From the NCBI GenBank assembly GCA_965661285.1, contig CBFIDD010000004.1, positions 133,788 through 197,787 of the forward strand: a DNA stretch of 64,000 bases, written 5' to 3'. Position 1 is the first letter of the stretch. The number at the start of each line of letters is the position of its first letter. The position numbers and the translations under genes are program-made. Positions 40,587 to 50,296 of this stretch are shown here, one piece after another. The notes beneath the pieces were generated by a model. It was not told where the DNA came from. It saw nothing but the letters and a program-made list of their open reading frames with translations, and did not search any database. This DNA is from Poseidonia sp. GTDB lineage: Archaea; Thermoplasmatota; Poseidoniia; Poseidoniales; Poseidoniaceae.

Positions 40587-42353
40587 TCACACATCACCGG
40601 TTTGTACAGACCATAATCGGGCGTAAACACCATGCAACTCAATCAGCGATTCATGCGTTCCATCTTCAACCACGTTCCCGTTCTCAAGAACCAGGATACG
40701 GTCTGCGTGGCGTACAGTGGAGAGTCGGTGGGCGATGACGATGGCTGTTCTGTCCTTTGAGATACGTTGGATTGACCGCTGGAGAGCGGCCTCCGTTTCA
40801 TTATCAACTGCTGATGTGGCTTCGTCAAGAATCAGGAGGGGGGCGTCTTTGAGCACCGCCCTTGCGATGGCAACCCGTTGCCGCTGACCGCCCGAGAGGC
40901 GATGCCCCCCTTCGCCCACCATCGTGCCCCAACCGTCCGGTAGCTCACTGACAAAGGAAGCGGCTTCAGCGATTTCCGCTGCCTTGACGACTTCGGCATC
41001 GGAAGCCGAAGGTTGGCCGTATCGTATGTTTTCCATGATGGTGGTGGGAAAGAGGGTGATGTGCTGGTCGACAAGCGCTATCGAGGAACGAAGCGCATGC
41101 AAGGTCCAAGCATCCAAAGGCTGATCACACCAGAGAATCCGTCCATCTTTGGGTTCAGCAAATCTGAGAAGAAGGCGAACGAGCGAAGTTTTTCCAGCCC
41201 CAGTCGAGCCGACAACGCCCGTGGTTTTTCCATGTTCAAACGTGAGGGACAACCTGTCGAACAACAAATTTCGCCCTGGATAACCAAAGGAGACCTCGTC
41301 AAGTTTCAGTGAGGACGTTCGCTCACCACCCTGAGGAACAAACTCGCCTTGTTTCAATTCCACGGGCGATGCCAAGACGTCCAACACACGCGTGGATGAG
41401 GCCATGGCACGCTGGTAGAGGTCAAACGTCTCACCCAATCGTGTCAAGGGCCACAGCAAACGCTGGGTCATGAAGACCAACACCGAATAGGCGCCGACCG
41501 CCATGGTTCCTTCAAGCGTAAACCATCCACCCAACAGGAGGGTGGCCGTGAAGCCAACAAGAATGGCCATGCGAATCAACGGCGTGAAGGCTGCTGATAA
41601 TCGAATAGCATCACGATTGGCGTCCCTGTAAGCGTTACTCAATTCCTCTACTCGTCGCAGTTCACTCGCCTCTGCGGTAAAGGACTGAACGGTTGACATC
41701 CCCGAGAGGTCGTTCTCGAGCAAGGCGTTCATCTGGCCAGCAGCATTTCGAACTTTGGCGTAGCGAGGCTCCAAACTACGCTGGTAGCGAAACGAGCCCC
41801 ATACGATCAAAGGAATGGGGAGGACGGCAAACAACGCCACTTCCCATGAAATTAACAAGAAAACGGCGCCAACCACCACAACGGTGGTGCTGACCTGAAG
41901 CAAATCGTTCGCCCCTTTGTCCAAAAACCGCTCCAACTGGTTGATGTCGTCGTTGAGAATGGCGAGGATATCGCCCTTCTGCCGTTCATCGAACCACACC
42001 ATGCCTTGTTTCTGCACGTGGTCAAAGGTGTCCAAGCGAAGTTCGTGTTGAACGGTTTGTGCAAGGTTGCGCCACAAAACGCCGTAGAAATACTCGAACA
42101 GCGACTCGAGCCCCCATATCAAGAACGTGAGTACAGAGAGAAGGACCAATTGATGCCACGGGTCAACCACGCCCACACCCGCAAGGATGGAATCCTCCCG
42201 CAGCACAACGACATCGACTGCAAGACCGATGAGGAGCGGAGGTGCGAGGTCCCAGAATTTGTTGAAGATCGAACAAAACGCAGCCAAACGCACCGTCTTC
42301 CGATGCGGGCGCATGTAATTCAGCAGACGACGAAACGGCCCCTCATCGCCCAT
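40587..42353 (-). CDS. ABC exporter, fused permease and ATPase
   Basis: Six TM helices; GSTGAGKT, LSGGQRQR, LDEATS and IAHRLST. Confidence 0.93.
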   Translation of the reverse strand: MGDEGPFRRLLNYMRPHRKTVRLAAFCSIFNKFWDLAPPLLIGLAVDVVVLREDSILAGVGVVDPWHQLVLLSVLTFLIWGLESLFEYFYGVLWRNLAQTVQHELRLDTFDHVQKQGMVWFDERQKGDILAILNDDINQLERFLDKGANDLLQVSTTVVVVGAVFLLISWEVALFAVLPIPLIVWGSFRYQRSLEPRYAKVRNAAGQMNALLENDLSGMSTVQSFTAEASELRRVEELSNAYRDANRDAIRLSAAFTPLIRMAILVGFTATLLLGGWFTLEGTMAVGAYSVLVFMTQRLLWPLTRLGETFDLYQRAMASSTRVLDVLASPVELKQGEFVPQGGERTSSLKLDEVSFGYPGRNLLFDRLSLTFEHGKTTGVVGSTGAGKTSLVRLLLRFAEPKDGRILWCDQPLDAWTLHALRSSIALVDQHITLFPTTIMENIRYGQPSASDAEVVKAAEIAEAASFVSELPDGWGTMVGEGGHRLSGGQRQRVAIARAVLKDAPLLILDEATSAVDNETEAALQRSIQRISKDRTAIVIAHRLSTVRHADRILVLENGNVVEDGTHESLIELHGVYARLWSVQTGDV

Positions 42354-42440
42354 GGCTAGCCGAGAAGGTGGGCCCTTGAGAAGGCTCGCTCTCCATCACG
42401 TCGGGCGCAAGCCCTATGCTCCCCCCTCGCTGACCGCCCG

Positions 42441-43262
42441 ATGAGCATCATGAATGTCGGGTCGTCCACCGTGCTGGAGAAGGTATGCCGTCCTGGTCGA
42501 GGAGCTCGCCACATCACCCTCATTGACCCGGCCAAGCAATCGGCTGAGATTGCAGCCCAGCGAGCCATGCTCGCCGTTGAATGCGGCTCAAAGATGATCT
42601 TTATCGGGGGCTCGACCGACACGCCCGACGATGTTGTTCACGCCACCTGCACCGCGATTCAAGAGGCCTTTGAACTCCGAATGTTTGCTGCAAGCCAAGA
42701 CCCGACGAGCGATGAACAGGCCTGGGACATCCCTGTCGTGCTGTTTCCGGGCGGCGCACACGCACTTTCCCCTGCTGCCGACGCCATCACGTTCATGATG
42801 TTGATGAATTCCACGAAGCGAGAATTCCTGGTGGGTGAACAGGTTCGTGGCGCTCCTTATTTGCACAAATTTGGTGTTGAAGCGCTTCCAACAGGCTACG
42901 TTGTGTGTGCTCCGGGAGGACGTGTCGGTGAGGTTGGGGCAGCGGACTTGATTCAACCAGAAGACGGCGAACTCGTCCACGCATACGGGTTGTGCGCCAA
43001 GATGTACGGCTTTTCTTTGCTCTATCTCGAAGCGGGCAGCGGTGCCGACGTTCCCGTTCACACCGACCTCATCAAACAGGCCGCTTCGGTCGAGGGATTG
43101 ACGCTCTTGGTTGGCGGCGGCCTGCGCACCGCAGAAGATGTGAGGCGCGCCGTTGAGGCCGGAGCAAACTGGATTGTGACTGGGACCATCACCGAAGACG
43201 CATCGTCAATGGAAGAACTCCGAGAACGCTTGCTTGGATTGGTTCAAGCCTGTTCGGTCTGA
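42441..43262 (+). CDS. Geranylgeranylglyceryl phosphate synthase
   Basis: HITLIDPAK, IGGST, LFPG, YLEAGSGA and VGGGLR motifs. Confidence 0.92.
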   Translation: MSIMNVGSSTVLEKVCRPGRGARHITLIDPAKQSAEIAAQRAMLAVECGSKMIFIGGSTDTPDDVVHATCTAIQEAFELRMFAASQDPTSDEQAWDIPVVLFPGGAHALSPAADAITFMMLMNSTKREFLVGEQVRGAPYLHKFGVEALPTGYVVCAPGGRVGEVGAADLIQPEDGELVHAYGLCAKMYGFSLLYLEAGSGADVPVHTDLIKQAASVEGLTLLVGGGLRTAEDVRRAVEAGANWIVTGTITEDASSMEELRERLLGLVQACSV

Positions 43263-43263
43263 T

Positions 43264-44532
43264 TCAATCTTCGTCGTCCTCGAAGATCACAGGGTCGCCC
43301 GTACCACCTGGAGATGGCGGACGAACGCCGTCAACATCCATGCCCGGTTCTAATTCGGTTTCTTCGGTTTCCAGCGCCACCTTTTCTCCTTCAGCGAGTT
43401 TGGCCATGTCATCAGCCGTTGGGGCCTTGATGGTGCGTTCAACATCCGGAGCGTTGGCGTACAGTTCACGCTTCAATTCCCGACTCTCATGACTTCGAAC
43501 CAGTGAGAGTGAATCGGCGAACACACGACCGACAACCTCTCGAGTTCGCTCACTGCGTCGGGCAGAGTGAAGTTCGTGTTCCATGGAACTGCGCTGTTCC
43601 TCCAACTCACGCAGTTCAGCTGTTCGGTCCTGAAGCGCTGCTTCCAAATCCGTCATGGTGAGGGTCATTTGTTGGATACGCTCGTCGCGCTCGAACACAT
43701 CGTTGTGAAGGCGACGCTCTCGTCGACGCAGCGATTCATATTCGCGATTACGCTCGAGCAGCCGGCGCTTTAATTCCTCGATTTGTTCAACCAGATAATC
43801 GTGCTCAGCAGAAACCGAGCGAGGGCCCTGCATGACCCGCTCGAGTTGTTCTTCAAGCTCAGCCAAACGTCGGTCCCGGGCGTCAAGCAAACCGCGCAAG
43901 CGGTCGGCGATGTCGCGAAGGCGCTGACGTTCTTCTTCGAGGGCTTCCGCAGCCGCTTTTTCAACATCGAGTTGGCGCTGACGTTCGTCCACTTGCTGTT
44001 TGAGCAAACGGACTTCCTCGGCGGTCACTGACGTCAGTCCGGCATCAGCCGCCTTTTCCAACGCCACGACCATTTGAGAGATGCGTCCTTCCATTTCCCC
44101 GATGACCTCGTCTTGTTCGGTGGTGAGCGTACGAAGTTGCTCGAGTTCGCCCTCCATGGACGAACGCTCTTGCTGTGAGAGCGAGGATTGCTGGGATGCC
44201 AACTCATCTCGAGTATCGGCGAGAAGTCGCTCGAGGTGAATAATTTGGGCCTCGTTTTCCTTTAGCGTCTGTTCGGCTTCTGCAAGGCGGGCCACCTCAG
44301 GAGCGATGGTGTCTTGCCGATCGGCCAAGTCGAGCTCAACCACCCTCAGTCGTTGTTTGACCGCAACCAGTTCGTCGTTGCGTTTGCCCAACTCCTTCCA
44401 GGCCACCAAGACCTCTTCGACGAGTTGTTCAACAGGGTAGCCCTTGAGCATCCCCTCAAGCGCTGCTTGTTCATCGGTGGTGGATGAACCAACACGTCGA
44501 ATGCCACCGGGTGACGAACTCTCTACAGCCAT
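43264..44532 (-). CDS. Long coiled-coil protein
   Basis: Roughly 300 aa of E/R/L/Q heptad-like sequence with an acidic, Pro-rich tail; no ATPase motif. Confidence 0.75.
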   Translation of the reverse strand: MAVESSSPGGIRRVGSSTTDEQAALEGMLKGYPVEQLVEEVLVAWKELGKRNDELVAVKQRLRVVELDLADRQDTIAPEVARLAEAEQTLKENEAQIIHLERLLADTRDELASQQSSLSQQERSSMEGELEQLRTLTTEQDEVIGEMEGRISQMVVALEKAADAGLTSVTAEEVRLLKQQVDERQRQLDVEKAAAEALEEERQRLRDIADRLRGLLDARDRRLAELEEQLERVMQGPRSVSAEHDYLVEQIEELKRRLLERNREYESLRRRERRLHNDVFERDERIQQMTLTMTDLEAALQDRTAELRELEEQRSSMEHELHSARRSERTREVVGRVFADSLSLVRSHESRELKRELYANAPDVERTIKAPTADDMAKLAEGEKVALETEETELEPGMDVDGVRPPSPGGTGDPVIFEDDED

Positions 44533-44624
44533 ACGGCAACGCATCGCAGATTTACCACACTTGAACCTTCCCAAGGTCGCAGGGCAGGAAAGCGGGTATT
44601 TGCTACCCTTCAGTCGTCGCCGCC

Positions 44625-45629
44625 TCAGTTGATGGCGGTGTACATGTCGTCAGGCATTTCGCTGGCGAGTTTGAGAGCGCCGGCAGCAACCGAGTTGATG
44701 GGGTCCTCAACGCACCAAACACGAACATCGCCGATGTCGGAGATTTCGTTGGCCAATCGGTCAGCGATGCCTTCGATGAGGGAACCGCCACCCGAGAGGA
44801 TGATGTTGTTGCGCAGAATTTGCTGGTATTCTGGGTCGGCACCAGCAACGTTTCGCTTAATGGCGTTTCCAATCTTGGGAATGATGAGTTCACAGGCTTC
44901 CAAAATGAGGTCGCCGATGTCAACCACCTGTCGCTTTCCGTCAACGGACAACTCCACGGTCACTTCGTGGGCTTCACCACCGACGTAGGACGATGCTTCC
45001 TTCCACTTTCGGACCATGTCTTTGGTGATTTGAGCACCGGTGTACTTCTTCTTGATGAGCTCCATCAGTTGAAGGTCCAACCAGTCACCGGCTTCGGTGA
45101 TGGTGACTTGGTCTTCGTCGGTCGGGAATGTTCCGTAGACACGAGCGATGTCGGTGGTACCGGCACCGATGTCCACCACGATTGAGCCTGCGATTTCGTC
45201 GATGCCGTAGGCGGTGGCAAAGGGCTCGGTGACGACCATGATGGCGTTCACTTGACCTCGTAGCGTGGCGACGAGGTTGGACTTGTCGGTAAAGGAGACG
45301 TGGCTGGGCGAACAAATCACGCCGAGAACTTCGTCGTATTCTTCGGGGTCAACGGTCTCAAGAAGATGGGAAACGAAGGCCTTTGCGGCAGCGAGGTTGG
45401 CTTCGTCATCTTGCGTGACACCGGCCGCCATGGGGCGGTACAGGTTGCAGGCAAGCTTGTTCTTGAGCGCATCATCGCCGAACAGGACATCTCGGCCCAG
45501 GAAATTTCGTGCGACCGGGTCTTTTGGACGGCCAACAACGGTTTCGATCGTGTGCAATTTACCAGCGCTCGAGGCGATGGTCGATTGGTAGGTTCCAAGG
45601 TCAATTCCAACATACAGGCGGTCGCTCAT
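44625..45629 (-). CDS. Actin-family ATPase, MamK-like
   Basis: GIDLGT, VVG.PKD, EPF..YG, DIGAGTTD, P..EDQVT...AG, PEYQ.....NI..SGGGS and GALKLA; strong GGAAGGTGA Shine-Dalgarno. Confidence 0.9.
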   Translation of the reverse strand: MSDRLYVGIDLGTYQSTIASSAGKLHTIETVVGRPKDPVARNFLGRDVLFGDDALKNKLACNLYRPMAAGVTQDDEANLAAAKAFVSHLLETVDPEEYDEVLGVICSPSHVSFTDKSNLVATLRGQVNAIMVVTEPFATAYGIDEIAGSIVVDIGAGTTDIARVYGTFPTDEDQVTITEAGDWLDLQLMELIKKKYTGAQITKDMVRKWKEASSYVGGEAHEVTVELSVDGKRQVVDIGDLILEACELIIPKIGNAIKRNVAGADPEYQQILRNNIILSGGGSLIEGIADRLANEISDIGDVRVWCVEDPINSVAAGALKLASEMPDDMYTAIN

Positions 45630-45810
45630 TTTTGTTCACCTTCCCACGTGGGATGGTCAACCGAGCATGGCACTGGCCTTCAAGGTTCACATTGGGATTT
45701 TGGAAGAGAATTCATGAAAAAACTCTTCAAAACGAGGCTTTGAACGGCACTCATCAATTAAGTCGATCATCGTTGTCGCTTTTATCGATACCCCAAAACG
45801 GACCCGTCAA

Positions 45811-48800
45811 TTAATCTCCCTCCCGTCTCCGGTTTCGAGAACCACGTATGAACCAGGCAGTCGCCAATCCAGACAGTACTCCGAGGAAACTCCACAAAAC
45901 GACTGGCGACCTTACCGCACTCGTTCTTGTGGCGTCGGGTTCCGCAGCGGTTTCGTTGGTCCCGGGGATCTCAAGATCCTTGCTCAAATCGAGTTGCAGC
46001 GATGTGGTAAATGCCGCAGGAGAAGCATTGGTTGTCTTCAATTCAACGACCATATTGTAGCGTTCTCCTCTTTGGAGAAACGGGGGAAGGTCATCAGGTA
46101 ATGTCCACAGACATTGGCTTGTGCCAGGAAGAAGATGTTCCTGAGAACACGTGAGGAGTGTGATGTTTGGAGCCGATTGGGATCGCACCAACACCGTCGA
46201 GATGTATCCATCACCGTCTGCATCCAAAACACTCCAACCAACCGAAACCTGCCCGTCAAGGACGGAACCGTTCTCGGGGGCGAAAACCGAGGTCACCACC
46301 AACGGGTTATCATCCGGGTAGCATCCATCGCCTCGAACCGGCCAAGAGACATCCACTGTCGTACACATGTCAACATCATCGGTGATGCCGTCGCCGTCGG
46401 TATCGTCCAAGCAACCATCGTCATCGATATCGTACCCCTCAGCACCGATTTGGGGACACGCATCGTTGATGTTGGCCACACCGTCCTGGTCGTCATCGTC
46501 CAAGCAACCGTTCTGGTCTTGGTCGTCCTCGCTCGCATTCTCCATCGGACAAGCATCCATGATGTTCGAAACACCGTCTCCATCATCATCGAGATGGTCG
46601 GCTGAATCACGGTCAACCCCTTTGACAACAAGAGCGAAACCAACAGCATCGCCGTCAAGGCCGACAGCACCGCTCATACCACCCGGTTGGACAAAGCGTG
46701 CGACGACTTCGATATCGATGAACTCAGACCCGTTGAGCACATCCTGCGGCAGGTTGATTCCAACCACGGTCTCGTTGGATGACGGAAAAGCGGTGCTGTT
46801 GTTGGCATCGGTTACACTCCCGAAATACGCCGTGGGCGTGCCATCGCCTTGAATTTGGTCGGGGAGGTACAACGTGCCATCATCAAGTCGAATGCGTAGT
46901 TGGACATCGTCCACCATCGCAGGCTCCGGTTGAGCAGGGAACGCCATACGGACTCGCACTTCTTCGCCTGCTATGGGGGTCAGTCGCTGGGTGAACATCT
47001 CGCCGGTCCGTAAAAAAGGCCCAACACTCCCTGTTCCGTCCCAGCCACCGGTGTCCATTCCTGAGAGGTTTCCTGCCGTTCCACCGTTTGCGGTAAACCA
47101 CGCCTCAACCGACCCTTCTGTTCGTCGGTAACTGTCATGGACCCACATATCCGCTGATGGTGAAGTTTCCTCCTCCAGCGCGGAGGGTGAAAGCAACTGG
47201 CTGAGGTTGAGCATCCCCCATCCGTCGTAGGTGTTGTGAAGGGCATGACCGCCGTTACCACCGTTCCGTACTCCGTCGGATAACGGAGAGACCGCCATGG
47301 CAAGCGAGGCGCGCATGAGGGCGTTCGAGGGCGAAAAACCCTCACCCAGTGAGATGTGCTGCACGTCCATGTCCTCTGCCCATACAGGTTGTAAATCGGA
47401 GATGTTTTGCAATGTGAGCGGAGCGTAGGCCGGGACAATCCACCCTTGCTCATACAACTGTTGGACAATCGCGGCGGCACCGGTGGCGTGAGGCGTGGCC
47501 ATGCTCGTGCCTGATGAGGAACGAAGATTGGCGTTGTTGGTGTTCCAAAACCCATCCGCGCCCGCCGATTGGATGTTCGCGCCGGGCGCGACGAGGAAGA
47601 TACCGTCGGTGTTGGCTTCGGTTGGTCCATAGGCGGTTGAAACCCATCGTTCTCCACTGGTGGCCTTCGTTCCTGCGCTGACGGCCACAACGTTCCGGCC
47701 GTTTGCTGGCTCCAACACCCCTTCGCCGCTATTGCCTGGCGCAATGAATGCCAACGACCACGGCATCGCTCGCGCATAGGCATCGAAGCGTCCAGTTCGT
47801 TCCGTGTAAGCCGTCGTGTCGTCTCCCCATGAATTCGAGTGGAGGAGGGCTCCATGGTGGCTGGCTTCCCACAGCAATCGGTCGGCGTCGGGAGGCACCC
47901 AACCGTCCTGTGAGACGATGTCTTGAACCACCAGCGTCGACGCGTATGCTAATGTTGAACCGTTGGCCGGCTTGCTGTTTTCCCGGTCGCTGTACACATC
48001 ATGACACGCCAGGGAACCGATGACGTGTGTTCCATGTCGATAGTCGCTGTGCCCCGGGGTATCGTTGTCATCGAGGCTGGTGTTCATATGCTTGATTTTC
48101 CGATGTTCTTCGCCAAAGATACCTACTGCAGGGTACACCGCTTCCGCCTCGGCATATGGGGAGGTGCTGTTCGTTGCGTTCCGAAAACAGGTGTGGTCGG
48201 CATCGATTCCGCTATCAGCAACACCGAGGACAACGCCAGAACCGTTCAATCCAAGTTGCCAGAAAGGATGTTGAGAGGTGAATCCGTGTTCCATCAGGGA
48301 AGCAGCTTGGCCGTTGCGGCCTTGGGCTTCAAGGACGGGCTCAATCCACAGCACCCCATCGAGTTGGAGCATCCATTCCACAAGGTGAGCATCATCGACG
48401 TAGACGAACGCGGATGCCGGCACATTTCCGTAAACATCCAATGATGCTGACAGGACATGAGCGCCACGGTGCTCAAAGGACCGCAGGAGTCGCTGGGCGG
48501 CATCTTCGGGTAATCGAGGCTCGAAGAGGATGTTGATGGCTGAAGGACCTGTTTCCAACGGAGAAATGTCTGAGCGCCATGACGCCGGATGAACGGATTC
48601 CTGCCCCACTCCTTCCGGCCAAGACGACATGGGCGTCGACCACACCAACAAGGCATCGGACCGGACACTTCTCAACGGCTGAATGTTGTGAGAAAGCAAG
48701 CTTGACCACTTCTCGGAAGTCCACACACCGTCGGGAAGAACAAGCAAGTGTTCGCCGGCCGGCAGCTCGTTGGGTTCTTCCCGGAGATCGCTGAGCGTCC

Positions 48801-48855
48801 ATCCCGATGCAAGGGGCAAGAGGAGCATTGCCACCAGCCACGCACCACCTCGCAT
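45811..48855 (-). CDS. Membrane-anchored S8 subtilase with thrombospondin type 3-like Ca-binding repeats
   Basis: ADSGID, HGTHV, PGN and GTSMATP catalytic motifs; DxDxDG...D.CP repeats; signal peptide and C-terminal TM. Confidence 0.92.
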   Translation of the reverse strand: MRGGAWLVAMLLLPLASGWTLSDLREEPNELPAGEHLLVLPDGVWTSEKWSSLLSHNIQPLRSVRSDALLVWSTPMSSWPEGVGQESVHPASWRSDISPLETGPSAINILFEPRLPEDAAQRLLRSFEHRGAHVLSASLDVYGNVPASAFVYVDDAHLVEWMLQLDGVLWIEPVLEAQGRNGQAASLMEHGFTSQHPFWQLGLNGSGVVLGVADSGIDADHTCFRNATNSTSPYAEAEAVYPAVGIFGEEHRKIKHMNTSLDDNDTPGHSDYRHGTHVIGSLACHDVYSDRENSKPANGSTLAYASTLVVQDIVSQDGWVPPDADRLLWEASHHGALLHSNSWGDDTTAYTERTGRFDAYARAMPWSLAFIAPGNSGEGVLEPANGRNVVAVSAGTKATSGERWVSTAYGPTEANTDGIFLVAPGANIQSAGADGFWNTNNANLRSSSGTSMATPHATGAAAIVQQLYEQGWIVPAYAPLTLQNISDLQPVWAEDMDVQHISLGEGFSPSNALMRASLAMAVSPLSDGVRNGGNGGHALHNTYDGWGMLNLSQLLSPSALEEETSPSADMWVHDSYRRTEGSVEAWFTANGGTAGNLSGMDTGGWDGTGSVGPFLRTGEMFTQRLTPIAGEEVRVRMAFPAQPEPAMVDDVQLRIRLDDGTLYLPDQIQGDGTPTAYFGSVTDANNSTAFPSSNETVVGINLPQDVLNGSEFIDIEVVARFVQPGGMSGAVGLDGDAVGFALVVKGVDRDSADHLDDDGDGVSNIMDACPMENASEDDQDQNGCLDDDDQDGVANINDACPQIGAEGYDIDDDGCLDDTDGDGITDDVDMCTTVDVSWPVRGDGCYPDDNPLVVTSVFAPENGSVLDGQVSVGWSVLDADGDGYISTVLVRSQSAPNITLLTCSQEHLLPGTSQCLWTLPDDLPPFLQRGERYNMVVELKTTNASPAAFTTSLQLDLSKDLEIPGTNETAAEPDATRTSAVRSPVVLWSFLGVLSGLATAWFIRGSRNRRREGD

Positions 48856-48953
48856 GAACTGACGAAGTTCCCTTTTTGCCTCAATCTATCGGTGGTGTGA
48901 GCGACCGTGCCCGCGCCAGCGCGTTTAAGGATGGATGGCAGGTCGGAGGGCCG

Positions 48954-49226
48954 ATGAAGGCCTACCGAGTATCTGGAACGGCGCCCTTCGGCAGCCAACG
49001 ACAGCCATTTTCGTACGATGTCCCCGCCGAGGATGCCGAGGCAGCAACAGCCAAGGTGTACTCAACACTTGGTTCCCGCCACCGTATCTCACGTCGCAAG
49101 ATTAACATTGACAGCGTGAATGAAGTCGACCCGCGAACCTCTACAGAACCGGTCATTCTCCACACCTTCCGAGACGAGATTGCCGCCAAGGGCGGGCGAA
49201 TTGCGCCTCAAGCAGAAGAAGAGTGA
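48954..49226 (+). CDS. rpl18a: 50S ribosomal protein eL20 (LX/L18a)
   Basis: KVYSTLGSRHRISRRKI.I motif; upstream of pfdA-ftsY as in other archaea. Confidence 0.88.
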   Translation: MKAYRVSGTAPFGSQRQPFSYDVPAEDAEAATAKVYSTLGSRHRISRRKINIDSVNEVDPRTSTEPVILHTFRDEIAAKGGRIAPQAEEE

Positions 49227-49256
49227 ACCTCACTGTGAGGCCAACCGGGTTAACCG

Positions 49257-49595
49257 TCACGACTCGTAGGGCCACTGCACGGCCCAGTCAAACAACGACT
49301 GCATGATCGGGCTCAGTCGTTTTCCGTGTTCACTCAATACATAGAGATAGGATTGGGGCGATTGAGGCTTTCTTGTCTGAACGACCAGCCCTGCCGTTCC
49401 CAATTCCTTGAGCCGTCTGGAAATGGTTGTTGATGAGGCATTAACGCCGGACTTGATGGCCGTAAACCGAAGTGGATGCTCACTTCGGTCGAGCACCGTC
49501 AGAATGTGGAGTGATTTTGATTTGGTGATCAACTCCAACACGTCGTCGACCTTGCCGTAGGTAGGGTCGCATGTCTCGTCGGATAGGGATGGCAC
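49257..49595 (-). CDS. HxlR family winged-helix regulator (start uncertain)
   Basis: LRF..I......S.TISRRLKEL...GLV and Y.LSEHG..L.PI...L..W pattern. Confidence 0.8.
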   Translation of the reverse strand: MPSLSDETCDPTYGKVDDVLELITKSKSLHILTVLDRSEHPLRFTAIKSGVNASSTTISRRLKELGTAGLVVQTRKPQSPQSYLYVLSEHGKRLSPIMQSLFDWAVQWPYES

Positions 49596-49718
49596 GGTGT
49601 GACCAAGGTTCACATCCAAATAAAGACAAAGTCACACCAGTGGTACCTCACGACCCCCCCTTCGAAAAGTCTCAGCGGGGGCTTCTTCAACCCCAACCGA
49701 CTCCGGCAGACGAAGGAC

Positions 49719-50288
49719 ATGGTTGACAGAGCCCAACTTCAACGCCTTGCGCAAGAGGTGGAGACGCTCCGCAAACGTTTGGAAGAGATCAACCTCCGCA
49801 TTGAGCAGGTCGACGCTGTGCTTGCAGAACACGCCATCACCGATGCTGTGCTTGAAACCCTTCTCGGTCGCGGTAAAGGGGCGAGCATCTCCACGCATTT
49901 GCCCATTGGTTCTGGCGTGAGTCTTCCCTATCTGCATGAAGGTGCCGAAGAAGGCCTTGCCCTGGTCGACCTTGGCTCAGGTGTGTTTGGGGAGCGACCT
50001 TGGAGCGAAACGCGGTCACTCACGCAGAAGCGCAGAGATGACATCCAGCGCCTTCGTGACGAGTTGAAGCAACAATCTGACCAAACCGAAACCTCGCTCG
50101 GCCAAGCCGCACAGACCTTCAACAGCCTTGCTGAAACCATCAAAAAACAAGCTGTCGCTGAGCCTGTGGCCACGACAAAAACCGAAGAGCCCGCGACTCC
50201 CGAATCAACGCCGTCCACGCCTGCTCCAGCTCCCCGCCGCTCAAGAAAGCGTGGCATGTTTGGTGGCGATTTGACGCTTGACGATTGA
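49719..50288 (+). CDS. pfdA: Prefoldin alpha subunit with C-terminal extension
   Basis: Coiled coil, beta hairpins (LPIGSGV, LVDLGSGVFGE), coiled coil; directly upstream of ftsY. Confidence 0.82.
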   Translation: MVDRAQLQRLAQEVETLRKRLEEINLRIEQVDAVLAEHAITDAVLETLLGRGKGASISTHLPIGSGVSLPYLHEGAEEGLALVDLGSGVFGERPWSETRSLTQKRRDDIQRLRDELKQQSDQTETSLGQAAQTFNSLAETIKKQAVAEPVATTKTEEPATPESTPSTPAPAPRRSRKRGMFGGDLTLDD

Positions 50289-50296
50289 GGGATTCG

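Noticed and set aside
43264-44532. SMC or Rad50 protein
   Set aside because: There are no Walker A/B, signature or hinge motifs; it is coiled coil only.
44625-45629. Magnetosome island
   Set aside because: No other mam or mms genes are recognisable, and MamK-like actins also occur outside magnetotactic bacteria.
46380-46600. Repeated DxDxDG-coding DNA
   Set aside because: Explained by thrombospondin type 3-like repeats within the S8 peptidase.
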